Of a DNA stretch of 64,000 nt, positions 32,881 to 42,371 are shown piece by piece. Position numbers and translations under genes: made by a program. This DNA is from an uncultured delta proteobacterium (lineage in GTDB: Bacteria; Desulfobacterota; Zymogenia; Zymogenales; Zymogenaceae). Position 1 is the stretch's first letter. The number at the start of each line of letters is the position of its first letter. The notes under the pieces were generated by a model. It was not told the origin of the DNA, made no database searches, and saw only the letters and a list, made by a program, of their open reading frames with translations. Location of the stretch: assembly GCA_963735595.1 (NCBI GenBank), contig CAVTLK010000005.1, positions 352,001-416,000 of the forward strand, given 5' to 3'.

Positions 32881-33861
32881 GTGAACACTACGGACAGAAA
32901 AATCAGGGTCGGGATAGTCGGTGTCGGCTATCTCGGCAAGTACCATCTCGAGAAATACCTCGGCATCCAGGGGGTCGACGTTGTCGGCATCTGCGATACG
33001 AACCAGGAAACCGGAAAGCGGATTGCCGAGGAAAACGGAATTCCCTATACCGTCGATTATCGGCAGTTCATCGGCACGGTCGATGCGGTCAGTGTCGTCG
33101 TTCCGACCGTGCATCATCATCGGGTCGCGATAGATTTCTTGAATGCGGGCGTCGACGTCTTCGTGGAAAAACCGATCACCACGAGCCTCGTCGAAGCGCA
33201 GTCTCTTATCGATACCGCGGAATCCCGGGGATTGATCCTCCAGGTGGGTCACCTGGAACGTTTCAACCCCGCGGTCCTGGCCCTGAATGGGACGATGCGG
33301 GAACCGATGTTCATTGAATCCCATCGTCTCTCCCCCTTCCCCGATCGATCTGTTGATATAGACGTGATCCTCGATCTGATGATCCACGACATCGACATTA
33401 TCCTCAACATCGTGAAATCTCCGATCAGACATATCGATGCGGTAGGCGTGCCGATCATCACCGACCAGGTGGATATCGTCAACGCGCGGCTTAATTTCGA
33501 GAGCGGGTGCGTGGCTAACGTTACCGCCAGCCGTGTCAGTCTGGAGAAGATGAGGAAGATCAGGATATTTCAATCCGACGCCTATATCTCTATTGATTAC
33601 GCCGCGCAAAAGATCGAGGTCTATAAGCGAATCGGCGACGGTAAGGATCATTTTTCCATCGTCAAACAGGACATGGACATATCCCCGTCCGACTACCTCG
33701 GCGACGAGATCCGGTCCTTTGTTGAGGCGGTCCGTACCAGGGGAACACCCTCCGTCACCGGCAGGGACGGCAAACGCGCACTCGAGGTGGCGATGCTGAT
33801 ACGAGAGCGGCTCGAAGAGTCGATGACGCGGCTCAGAGAAAAGGGAATCCTTACCCAATGA
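32881..33861 (+). CDS. Gfo/Idh/MocA oxidoreductase, GnnA-like (UDP-GlcNAc 3-dehydrogenase)
   Basis: GVGYLGKYH, VEKPI, QVGHLERFNPA, DVILDLMIHDID, TASRVS; lies between lpxA and lpxB. Confidence 0.85.
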   Translation: MNTTDRKIRVGIVGVGYLGKYHLEKYLGIQGVDVVGICDTNQETGKRIAEENGIPYTVDYRQFIGTVDAVSVVVPTVHHHRVAIDFLNAGVDVFVEKPITTSLVEAQSLIDTAESRGLILQVGHLERFNPAVLALNGTMREPMFIESHRLSPFPDRSVDIDVILDLMIHDIDIILNIVKSPIRHIDAVGVPIITDQVDIVNARLNFESGCVANVTASRVSLEKMRKIRIFQSDAYISIDYAAQKIEVYKRIGDGKDHFSIVKQDMDISPSDYLGDEIRSFVEAVRTRGTPSVTGRDGKRALEVAMLIRERLEESMTRLREKGILTQ

Positions 33862-33902
33862 GCGATAGGCATACGCGCAACGCTGCGGACGACGGCCGCG
33901 TA

Positions 33903-35027
33903 ATGAAACGGGTCCTTATCGTGGCAGGAGAGGCGTCCGGCGATCTCTACGGCGGCCAATTGATCCGGGAGGTGACCCGTGTTGCCCCCCGGACATCGTT
34001 TTTCGGCGTCGGCGGCGTCTCGATGCGGGAGGCGGGGCTTTCGGTCCTCTCCCGGTCCGAAGATATTACCGTCGTGGGCCTCTTCGAGGTAATCCGCCAC
34101 CTGGGGGTAATCAGACGGGCGCTGAAGAATGTCACCGAGTCGATCCGCAGCAAACGCCCGGACCTCGTCGTTCTCATCGATTTTCCAGACTTCAACTTTC
34201 GAGTGGCGCGGGCCGCCCGCAAAGCGGGCGTCCCGGTCTTTTACTATATCAGCCCGCAGGTGTGGGCGTGGCGCCGGGGCAGGGTCAAGACGCTGGCGGG
34301 GCTTGTCGACAAGATGATCGTAATATTTCCCTTTGAGGTTGACATCTATCGAAAGGCCGGGATCGACGTGGAGTTCCTGGGGCACCCGCTCGTGGATGAA
34401 GTGAGCCGGAAGGTCAGGGGGCTGACGATTGCCAAAGCGCGCAATCCCGTCATTGCGCTGCTTCCCGGGAGCAGAAAGGGCGAGATCGAGCGCCACATGC
34501 CGGTCATGCGGGAGGCGGCGGGCATCATCGCAAAAAAGCTCCCGAATGCGTCGTTCATTCTACCGCTTGCCCCAACGCTCGTCCCGGAAGATATCGAGAG
34601 TTACCTCGCCGATTCGCCCGTACCGATACGGATGCGCGAGGGGGCGTTCCACGAGGTGGTCAAGGGGGCGGACGTCGCCGTGGTCAGCTCGGGAACGGCC
34701 ACCGTCGAGACGGCCCTTTTGGGGACCCCGATGGTGGTCATCTACCGGCTCAATTCGCTTACGTTTTTCCTTGCGCGGATGCTGATCCGGGTGCCCTATA
34801 TCGCCATGGTCAACCTGATCGCGGGAAGGCTCGTGGTGCCGGAATTGATTCAACATGAGGCCCGCGCCGAAACGATCGCCCGGGAGGCCCTCACCATCCT
34901 GGATGACGGGGTGATACGTCGGCGGATGAAGGCCGATCTGCGGGAGGTCGCGCGGGTCATCGGCCGGCCCGGCGCGTCACGCCGGATCGCTGCCAGGGTC
35001 GTGGAATTCCTGAACCGCAAGGGTTAG
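33903..35027 (+). CDS. lpxB: lipid-A-disaccharide synthase
   Basis: VAGEASGDLYG, IDFPDFN, YISPQVWAWR, GHPL, LLPGSR, SGTATVE. Confidence 0.97.
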   Translation: MKRVLIVAGEASGDLYGGQLIREVTRVAPRTSFFGVGGVSMREAGLSVLSRSEDITVVGLFEVIRHLGVIRRALKNVTESIRSKRPDLVVLIDFPDFNFRVARAARKAGVPVFYYISPQVWAWRRGRVKTLAGLVDKMIVIFPFEVDIYRKAGIDVEFLGHPLVDEVSRKVRGLTIAKARNPVIALLPGSRKGEIERHMPVMREAAGIIAKKLPNASFILPLAPTLVPEDIESYLADSPVPIRMREGAFHEVVKGADVAVVSSGTATVETALLGTPMVVIYRLNSLTFFLARMLIRVPYIAMVNLIAGRLVVPELIQHEARAETIAREALTILDDGVIRRRMKADLREVARVIGRPGASRRIAARVVEFLNRKG

Positions 35028-35128
35028 CCCTGAGCGCGCCCTCGATCCTGGAGCGAAACGGCGCTTCTATACGATGCCCGGATACGGGCCGTAAGACACT
35101 CGATCGTGAAAAGTTAAAAGGGCGGACG

Positions 35129-35731
35129 ATGGGAAACGGAATCGAACAACTTCTCGTAGTAGACAAGGCGCTCTTCTTTGGCATTAACGGATCGTGGGCG
35201 TCGCCTGCCCTGGATATCGTAATGGTTTTCATTACGCTGTTTGGAAACGGGCTTTTCCTGGCGGGCATCGTGGCGCCGCTCCTCTATTTCGGAGATCGGC
35301 GCCATTTTAAGTCCCGCGGCCCGGTGATCGTTGCCGCGGTGCTCCTCGGGGTCCTGATAAACAACATCATCAAGGAAGCCGTGGGGCGGCCGCGGCCGCT
35401 GGCCGAGTTTTCGGAGGAGATCCGAACGGGGGCCGTCTGGGTGCATACCGTCTTTGAACGTTGGCGCGGCAACTCGTTTCCCTCCGGCCACTCCCAGAGC
35501 GCTTTCGGGACGGCGACAGCCGTCGCATATTATTACCGGGGATGGTATACTCCACTGACGTTCGTCCTGGCAGCTGCGGTAGCGGTTTCAAGGGTGTACC
35601 TGGGCGTCCACTTCCCGTTGGATACGGCGACGGGGGCGCTGGTCGGGGTGGCCTGCAGCCTCGGGATGTGTGTGGCCTGGGAAAAGGGGAAACGCCTCGT
35701 CGCGCGGCGAAAAAAGGCAACGCAACCGTAG
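35129..35731 (+). CDS. PAP2-family phosphatase
   Basis: KEAVGRPRP, SFPSGHS, SRVYLGVHFPLD. Confidence 0.93.
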   Translation: MGNGIEQLLVVDKALFFGINGSWASPALDIVMVFITLFGNGLFLAGIVAPLLYFGDRRHFKSRGPVIVAAVLLGVLINNIIKEAVGRPRPLAEFSEEIRTGAVWVHTVFERWRGNSFPSGHSQSAFGTATAVAYYYRGWYTPLTFVLAAAVAVSRVYLGVHFPLDTATGALVGVACSLGMCVAWEKGKRLVARRKKATQP

Positions 35732-35806
35732 CATGACGGAGATCGGGATTTTCGCGCGGGGAGACGGTCTTTCGGACCCCGGGGTGTAATTAGATTAATT
35801 TCTATC

Positions 35807-36397
35807 ATGGCAAATCGAATGACTGACACATCCTTCCGGCAGCGTCTTTTAGAGGCCGACCGCAGGGTATTCCTGTTCCTCAACGGCTCCTTTCACAGCC
35901 GCGTGCTTGACGTCTTCATGGTGGGTATTAGCCAGTCCGGGAACGGATGGCTGTTGGTGCCGATATTGGCGCTTATCCTCTACCGGGTTGAAGGAATATG
36001 GCTCTCCCACCGGCTTATCGTTATCGCGGCCACGGTAATCCTCGGGGGGATCCTTGTCGTTATTGTCAAGAATATAATCGGCCGCCGAAGGCCGTTATCC
36101 GCATTCAGGGAAGATATAAAGAACGGGAAGGTTTCGGTGCATACGGTACTGGAGCGGGCGCGAAAGAAGTCGTTTCCCTCGGGACATTCCCAAACGGCCC
36201 TGGCCGCATTTATCTCAATAACCTGGTACTGGGCCGGATGGTATACGCCGCTGATATTAGTCTGGTCGATCATCGTTTCCTTTTCGCGGATATACCTGGG
36301 CATCCACTTTCCGATCGACATTATCGTCGGGGCGGTGCTCGGAATTCTTATGTCTCTCCTGATTTGCGCCGCGGCGGCTTTCTTCGGGTTTGCATAG
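35807..36397 (+). CDS. PAP2-family phosphatase (tandem paralogue)
   Basis: KNIIGRRRP, SFPSGHS, SRIYLGIHFPID. Confidence 0.93.
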   Translation: MANRMTDTSFRQRLLEADRRVFLFLNGSFHSRVLDVFMVGISQSGNGWLLVPILALILYRVEGIWLSHRLIVIAATVILGGILVVIVKNIIGRRRPLSAFREDIKNGKVSVHTVLERARKKSFPSGHSQTALAAFISITWYWAGWYTPLILVWSIIVSFSRIYLGIHFPIDIIVGAVLGILMSLLICAAAAFFGFA

Positions 36398-36706
36398 GCC
36401 GAGTGGGCGTGCCCGGCCGGCAGCGCCCGGATTCCCCCGCTAACGGCGTGTAAAAAAGCGGGCGCCCGACGGATTGACGAGATGGACGGGAAATTCCCGC
36501 GTAACCGGCCGTATATAAAAGATTTCTTGAGGATGATCGATAGGTGTGATACTCTAACATGTTAATGAAACGTCACCGGGGAGAGGAGGCCGGGTAATCG
36601 GGAACGGTGAAAATGATCACGGCCCGCGCCCGCGCCCGTGCCGTATGCCGGTGCCAGGAGTCCCGGTATGATCCTCCGGCTTTTCCGGAGGCATAGAAGA
36701 ATCTGC

Positions 36707-38548
36707 ATGGATATCGTAAAGGGAATGATAGTCACAAAAATCAAAGAAACGATCCTGGGAATCAAGGCGCGGTACAAATCAGCCGATGAGGTTTTCCAGC
36801 TCTACCAGCGCCTGCTCGCCTATATTAAACCGTATCGGGGCAGGTTTATCGTGGCAATTGCGATGAATCTGATTTATTCGGCCACCTCGGCGGGCGTCGC
36901 GTATATGGTGCAGCCCCTCATGGCCGAGATCATCGAAGCAAAGAATATGCGGCTGCTGATTCTCCTGGTCATCGTGATTACGGTCATAAACCTCACCAGG
37001 GCCATAGTCAACTTCACCGGAACATACCTGCTGAGGTCGGTCGGCCTGCTCCTGGTCAGGGACGTAAGGGATAGGCTCTACGGGCACATCCAGAAGCTTT
37101 CGCTCAAGTTCTTTTCCGGGACCCATACCGGTGTTCTCACCTCCAGGATCACTAACGACGTGAACCTGATCACGGTTTCGGTCAATGCCATTGAAGGACT
37201 CGTCAAGGACCCGCTGACTATTATCGGGCTAATCGTGGTCGCGTTCACGATGGACCCGAAACTGTCCCTCTTTACCTTCGTGGTGCTGCCGTTTATCGCC
37301 CTGCCGGTGATTCAGATCGCTCGGAAGGTCAGGAAATTCTCGACCAAGGGACAGGAGAAGACCGCCGATATCACCACCGTCCTCATGGAGACGTTCTCCG
37401 GCGCACGGATCGTCAAGGCCTTCGGTATGGAAAAGTATGAGACCGAGCGGTTCGAACGGGAGAACTTCAAGCTCTTCAAGACCTTTCTCAGGAGCGCGCG
37501 CGTCAAGGCGATGAATGACCCGGTTAACGAGTTGTTTGCCACGGTCGGCCTGGCGGTAGTTCTCATCTACGGCGGATACCAGTCGTTTCAGGATAAGGCG
37601 TACTTCTCGCATTTCATTGCGTTTTCCGTGGCCGTTGCGATGATTTGGCCGTCGATCCGTTCGATCACCAAAATATTCAATTCCATTCAGGAGGCCATCG
37701 CTGCAGCGGTGCGTATATTTAACGTCCTTGATACCAAGCCGGATATCGTCGACAAACCGGGAGCGCACGACCTTGGCCCAATCAAAAACGAGGTGAAGTT
37801 CTCTCACGTATGGTTTTCTTATGACGACCAGCCCGTTCTCAGGAATATCAACCTCAGGGTTCGGGCGGGCGAGGTAATAGCCTTCGTGGGCATGAGCGGC
37901 GGCGGCAAGACAACCCTCGTAAACCTCGTCCCCCGGTTTTACGACGTCACGAAGGGATCGGTTACCATTGACGGGATGGACGTCCGCGACGTTACCATGA
38001 AATCGGTACGGTCTCAGGTCGGGATCGTGACCCAGCAGACGATCCTCTTTTCCGACTCCATTAAGAACAACATCGCCTACGGCACGCATGGCACGTCCGA
38101 TGAGATGATCTTCGCCGCGGCCAGGGCCGCAAACGCCCATAAATTCATCAGACGGCTGCCGAATGGGTACGATACCCTGATCGGGGAACAGGGGATGCGG
38201 CTGTCGGGCGGGGAGCGCCAGCGCATATCGATCGCCCGGGCTATCCTCAAGGATGCGCCGATTCTTATCCTGGACGAAGCGACCTCGTCGCTGGATACGG
38301 AAAGCGAGATGGAGGTTCAGAAGGCGCTGGAGAATCTCATGAAAGGCCGAACCACGTTCGTTATCGCGCACCGCCTGTCCACGATAAAGTACGCGGACAG
38401 GATCGTGGTCCTGGTTTCCGGCAGGATCGTGGAAGAGGGAACCCACGATGAACTACTCGCCAAATCGGGTGAGTATAAGAAGCTTTACGACATGCAGTTC
38501 CGTGATACTTCCGACATCACGTATGAGGAGCCGGTTTCCTCACCATGA
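36707..38548 (+). CDS. msbA: lipid A export ABC transporter (start codon uncertain)
   Basis: TM domain plus GMSGGGKTT, LSGGERQR, ILDEATSSLD; inside the lipid A cluster. Confidence 0.93.
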   Translation: MDIVKGMIVTKIKETILGIKARYKSADEVFQLYQRLLAYIKPYRGRFIVAIAMNLIYSATSAGVAYMVQPLMAEIIEAKNMRLLILLVIVITVINLTRAIVNFTGTYLLRSVGLLLVRDVRDRLYGHIQKLSLKFFSGTHTGVLTSRITNDVNLITVSVNAIEGLVKDPLTIIGLIVVAFTMDPKLSLFTFVVLPFIALPVIQIARKVRKFSTKGQEKTADITTVLMETFSGARIVKAFGMEKYETERFERENFKLFKTFLRSARVKAMNDPVNELFATVGLAVVLIYGGYQSFQDKAYFSHFIAFSVAVAMIWPSIRSITKIFNSIQEAIAAAVRIFNVLDTKPDIVDKPGAHDLGPIKNEVKFSHVWFSYDDQPVLRNINLRVRAGEVIAFVGMSGGGKTTLVNLVPRFYDVTKGSVTIDGMDVRDVTMKSVRSQVGIVTQQTILFSDSIKNNIAYGTHGTSDEMIFAAARAANAHKFIRRLPNGYDTLIGEQGMRLSGGERQRISIARAILKDAPILILDEATSSLDTESEMEVQKALENLMKGRTTFVIAHRLSTIKYADRIVVLVSGRIVEEGTHDELLAKSGEYKKLYDMQFRDTSDITYEEPVSSP

Positions 38549-38641
38549 CTTTTGCCGTCGGCCCCCGGCGCCCGTAATCGACCGATAGATCGCGGGGTTG
38601 CCGAGGAGACCGCGAGCTGAATACCGTGCGAGGGTCGAATC

Positions 38642-40501
38642 GTGGATATCCTGGAGCGGCTCCATTCCCTTGATATCGTACTCTTTTACCTCATTAACCA
38701 TTCCATGAGCTCGCCTTTCATGGACGGCTTTATGCTTTTCATGACAAAAATGGATCTTTCTAAGGTCCTGATGATCACCGTTATTTCGATCTACGCGGTA
38801 TTCAAGGGGCGGGGCAGGGCGCTGTGGGTGATCGTCCTTGCCGGCCTCGCCGTGGGGCTTACGGATCAACTGTCATCCCATCTGCTCAAGAACGTCTTCG
38901 AGCGCATTCGTCCCTGTCATATCCTGCCGGATGTCCACCTGCTGGCCCGGTGCCCGTCAAGCTTTTCGTTTCCCTCTTCGCACGCGGCAAACTTCAGCTC
39001 GGTGGCAACCGTGCTGATCGGATATGTCCCTATGAGCGCCCTCGTCATGATCCCGCTGACGCTGGTCGTGGCGGCGTCGCGCGTTTCGGTGGGCGTTCAC
39101 TGGCCGTCGGACGTGATCGGGGGGATCATGGTCGGCGCGATCAGCGGGTTCGTCGTCGTTTTACTGAGCAGGAAGGTTCGTAACTCCTGGAAGAAACCCG
39201 CGGGCCGGCGCGATACCGGCGATACGGTATGGTTCCTGTTCTACACCGCGGTTATGTCTCTGCTATTTCCGGTTATCCTTTTCGTGTATGGCAGGGGGAT
39301 CCTGGCCGGAAGGCAGGGGAGAGCGGGTTGGCGTGAGCGCCTGGGCAGGATGGATCCGGTCGGCGGCCGGCCCCTCTGGGTACATGCCGCCTCGGTGGGA
39401 GAGACGGCGGCCGCCGTTGCCCTTATCGAGCAGATCAGGGCCGACAGGGGGGATATCCCGGTGGTCCTTTCGGTCAATACCCCGGCGGCGCGCTCAATCG
39501 CCGCGGCGCGGCTGAAGGGCGGGACGGTCTGCTATTTCCCTTTCGATTTCCCATGGGTCGTGCGGCGGGCGCTGGACCGGATCGACCCCCGCGCGGTTAT
39601 CTTCATGGAGGCCGAGATATGGCCCGCCTTTGTCCGGGAGGCCGCTCATCGGAAGATTCCCCTTCTCCTGGTCAACGGCAGGATGTCGGAGAAGACCTAC
39701 AGACGCTTCCGATATATCAACGGGTTTATGCGGCGGGTACTCGGCCGCTTTTCCCTCGTCACGGCACAGTCGGCCGAATACAGGGAACGATATACCACGC
39801 TCGGGTGTGATCCGGCCCGGGTGCTGGTCACCGGCAACATTAAGTATGATATCGGCCCGGGCAAACAGAAGGCGGCAGATGACCTGAAGCAATTCATGTC
39901 GGTGAGAAAGCGGCCTGTCCTGATCGCCGGGAGCACGCACGGCGGCGAGGAGGAGATCGTCCTGGATGCCTTTACGCGCCTTGCCGGACGATTTCCCGAC
40001 CTGCTATTGATACTGGCTCCGCGCCATCTGGCGAGAACCGGCGACGTGGAGCGGCTGTTGAAGGGCCGGACGATCGGGTACGTAAAGCGGAGCCGGCTAC
40101 CGGCCGACGGCCATGCGCCCTCTCACGCGGTGCTCTTGCTGGATACCCTCGGCGAGCTGGCGGGATTGCTGGCATTCGGGGACGCGGTCATCATCGGCGG
40201 CAGCCTCGTTGCCGGCATCGGCGGCCATAACGTCCTGGAGGCGGCCGCGGTGGGAAAGCCCGCCGTCTTCGGCCCTTTCATGGGCAACTTTCCGCAGATA
40301 TCCAGGGACCTGATCGAGGCCGGTGGCGGATTCGTGGTACGCGACGCGCATGAGCTTACCGAGATCGCCGCGCGGTTAATCGCGGACCGCACCTTTGCCG
40401 AAGACGCGGGACGGCAGGCGCTTGACCTGGTCCGCGCCAACCGGGGGGCGACGGCCCAGACGGCGGCGGCCGTTGCCCGTTATCTATCAGATGGCGGGTG
40501 A
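38642..40501 (+). CDS. waaA: PAP2 phosphatase-Kdo transferase (WaaA/KdtA) fusion
   Basis: N-terminal KNVFERIRP, SFPSSHA, SRVSVGVHWPSD; C-terminal LWVHAASVGE, EAEIWP, NGRMS, TGNIKYD, AGSTH, APRH, GGHNVLE. Confidence 0.88.
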   Translation: MDILERLHSLDIVLFYLINHSMSSPFMDGFMLFMTKMDLSKVLMITVISIYAVFKGRGRALWVIVLAGLAVGLTDQLSSHLLKNVFERIRPCHILPDVHLLARCPSSFSFPSSHAANFSSVATVLIGYVPMSALVMIPLTLVVAASRVSVGVHWPSDVIGGIMVGAISGFVVVLLSRKVRNSWKKPAGRRDTGDTVWFLFYTAVMSLLFPVILFVYGRGILAGRQGRAGWRERLGRMDPVGGRPLWVHAASVGETAAAVALIEQIRADRGDIPVVLSVNTPAARSIAAARLKGGTVCYFPFDFPWVVRRALDRIDPRAVIFMEAEIWPAFVREAAHRKIPLLLVNGRMSEKTYRRFRYINGFMRRVLGRFSLVTAQSAEYRERYTTLGCDPARVLVTGNIKYDIGPGKQKAADDLKQFMSVRKRPVLIAGSTHGGEEEIVLDAFTRLAGRFPDLLLILAPRHLARTGDVERLLKGRTIGYVKRSRLPADGHAPSHAVLLLDTLGELAGLLAFGDAVIIGGSLVAGIGGHNVLEAAAVGKPAVFGPFMGNFPQISRDLIEAGGGFVVRDAHELTEIAARLIADRTFAEDAGRQALDLVRANRGATAQTAAAVARYLSDGG

Positions 40502-40510
40502 GAACGGGGC

Positions 40511-41602
40511 ATGAGGATTACGCAAATCATCACATCGCTTCATCAGAACCCGCGCGCCCGATGGTGGGTCATAGCCGGGCTCTTTCCCGTGTATCTCGCG
40601 TCGCTGGCCTACGGCGCCGTCATGCGCGTCAGGCGGTGGTGTTACCGCGTTGGGGTGTTTCGGGTCAGGCGTTTGCCCGTCGTGGTGGTCTGCGTGGGTA
40701 ATATCACGACCGGCGGAACGGGCAAGACGCCCGCGGTCATTCACCTCGCGCGGCGGATCGCCGGTTCCGGCATTAAAACAGCCGTGATATCGAGGGGTTA
40801 TGGCTTTCACGTTACCGGGGGTTACCTCATCGTCTCCGGCCCGGACGGCCCGCTCCGGGAGGCCGGGCAGGCCCCGGATGAAGCCCTTATGACCGCCCGG
40901 AAGCTCCCCGGAGTCCCCGTCGTAGTCTCGCCCAACCGATACCGGGCGGGCAAGGCCGCCCTGGACTGTTTCGGCGCCGAGGTTTTGCTTATGGACGACG
41001 GGTTCCAGCACCTCGGCCTCTTTCGGGATATCGACGTCCTCGTGGTGGATGGGGCCAATCCCGTTGGAAACGGACTGGTGCTGCCGGCAGGCCCGCTTCG
41101 GGAGCCGGTGTCGGGCGCGGAACGCGCCGACGCGGTCTGGCTATACGGGCAGGCGACGGAGAGACTACCCGCCGGGCTAACGGCCTTTCTGGACGGCAAA
41201 CCGATCATCCGGGCGCGGATGGTGCCGGGTGGGTTGGTGACTGGCACGGGCGAGGCGATTCCGGCGGGAAGGTTGGCCGGGACGCGGGTATTGGCGTTCT
41301 GCGGAATCGCCCGTCCCCAGCGGTTCTTCGAGGCCGTCGGGCGGATGGGGGCCGTGACGGCCGGTCGTGAGGCCTTTCCCGATCACCATCGCTACGCGGA
41401 TGACGACGTGGACCGTCTTAACCGCCGGGCACGGGAGGCCGGGGCCGGGTTGATGATTACCACCGAAAAGGACCTGGCTCGGCTTTCGGCCGGGAAGACG
41501 TTTACGGTGCCGGTCGCCGCGCTCGTCATGGATCTCGAGGTTACCGGCGATGACGCGCTGATCGAAATGATTGCCAAACGGCTGAAGGAGAGGACGGCAT
41601 GA
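40511..41602 (+). CDS. lpxK: tetraacyldisaccharide 4'-kinase
   Basis: VGNITTGGTGKTP, SRGYG, DDGFQH, LPAGPLRE, FPDHHRY, TTEKD. Confidence 0.97.
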   Translation: MRITQIITSLHQNPRARWWVIAGLFPVYLASLAYGAVMRVRRWCYRVGVFRVRRLPVVVVCVGNITTGGTGKTPAVIHLARRIAGSGIKTAVISRGYGFHVTGGYLIVSGPDGPLREAGQAPDEALMTARKLPGVPVVVSPNRYRAGKAALDCFGAEVLLMDDGFQHLGLFRDIDVLVVDGANPVGNGLVLPAGPLREPVSGAERADAVWLYGQATERLPAGLTAFLDGKPIIRARMVPGGLVTGTGEAIPAGRLAGTRVLAFCGIARPQRFFEAVGRMGAVTAGREAFPDHHRYADDDVDRLNRRAREAGAGLMITTEKDLARLSAGKTFTVPVAALVMDLEVTGDDALIEMIAKRLKERTA

Positions 41603-42177
41603 ACGACAGGGCGAGACCGGCGGTCTTTCTCGACCGGGATGGGACGATCAACGTGGAGGTAGGATACCTTTCGCGCCCGGAGGATCTGAGGCTCATCAAT
41701 GGTAGCGCGGGCGCGATCAGGCGGCTCAACGAGGCAGGGTTCCTGGTGGTAGTGGTTTCCAACCAGTCGGGGGTAGCCCGGGGTTACTTCAGCGAGGAGG
41801 CGGTTGAAAGGGTTAACGGGGCGATGGCACGCCGCCTCGAGCGGCGCGGCGCGCGCCTTGATGCAGTATACTACTGCCCCCATTACCCCGAGGGGGTTGC
41901 GGACCGTTACCGCCGGGAGTGCGACTGCCGAAAACCGGCCCCGGGTATGGTCCGGCGCGCCCAGGAGGACCTCGGTATCGACGTCCCGCGTTCCTACGTC
42001 GTCGGGGACCACCTGGGGGACATCCTGCTGGCGAAAAACGTCGGCGCCAGGTCGATCCTCGTTGCCACCGGCCACGGCGCCGATGAGATAGAGAAGCTCA
42101 CGGGGAAGGGGATCGAACCCGACTTTGTCGTGAAAAACCTGGCCGAAGCGGTTGACCGCATACTATCTGAGCGCTAA
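41599..42177 (+). CDS. gmhB: D-glycero-manno-heptose 1,7-bisphosphate phosphatase
   Basis: FLDRDGTIN, SNQSGVARG, YYCPHYP, CDCRKPAPGM. Confidence 0.96.
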   Translation: MNDRARPAVFLDRDGTINVEVGYLSRPEDLRLINGSAGAIRRLNEAGFLVVVVSNQSGVARGYFSEEAVERVNGAMARRLERRGARLDAVYYCPHYPEGVADRYRRECDCRKPAPGMVRRAQEDLGIDVPRSYVVGDHLGDILLAKNVGARSILVATGHGADEIEKLTGKGIEPDFVVKNLAEAVDRILSER

Positions 42178-42192
42178 CAAGGAGGAATAGTC

Positions 42193-42363
42193 ATGGCGAT
42201 AGACAAGGACCTTCTGGATATACTGGCGTGTCCCCAATGCAAGGGAGACGTTACGCTGACCGAGAAGGGAGACGGCCTGATCTGCAGGAAGTGTAAACTC
42301 GTTTACGAAATCAAGGACGATATACCCATCATGCTCATCGATGAGGCAAAGAAGGTCGATTGA
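42193..42363 (+). CDS. Trm112/YcaR-family small protein (56 aa, not in the ORF track)
   Basis: MAIDKDLLDILACPQCKG...LICRKCKLVYEIKDDIPIMLIDEA; AGGAGG SD. Confidence 0.93.
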   Translation: MAIDKDLLDILACPQCKGDVTLTEKGDGLICRKCKLVYEIKDDIPIMLIDEAKKVD

Positions 42364-42371
42364 GCCGGGGC

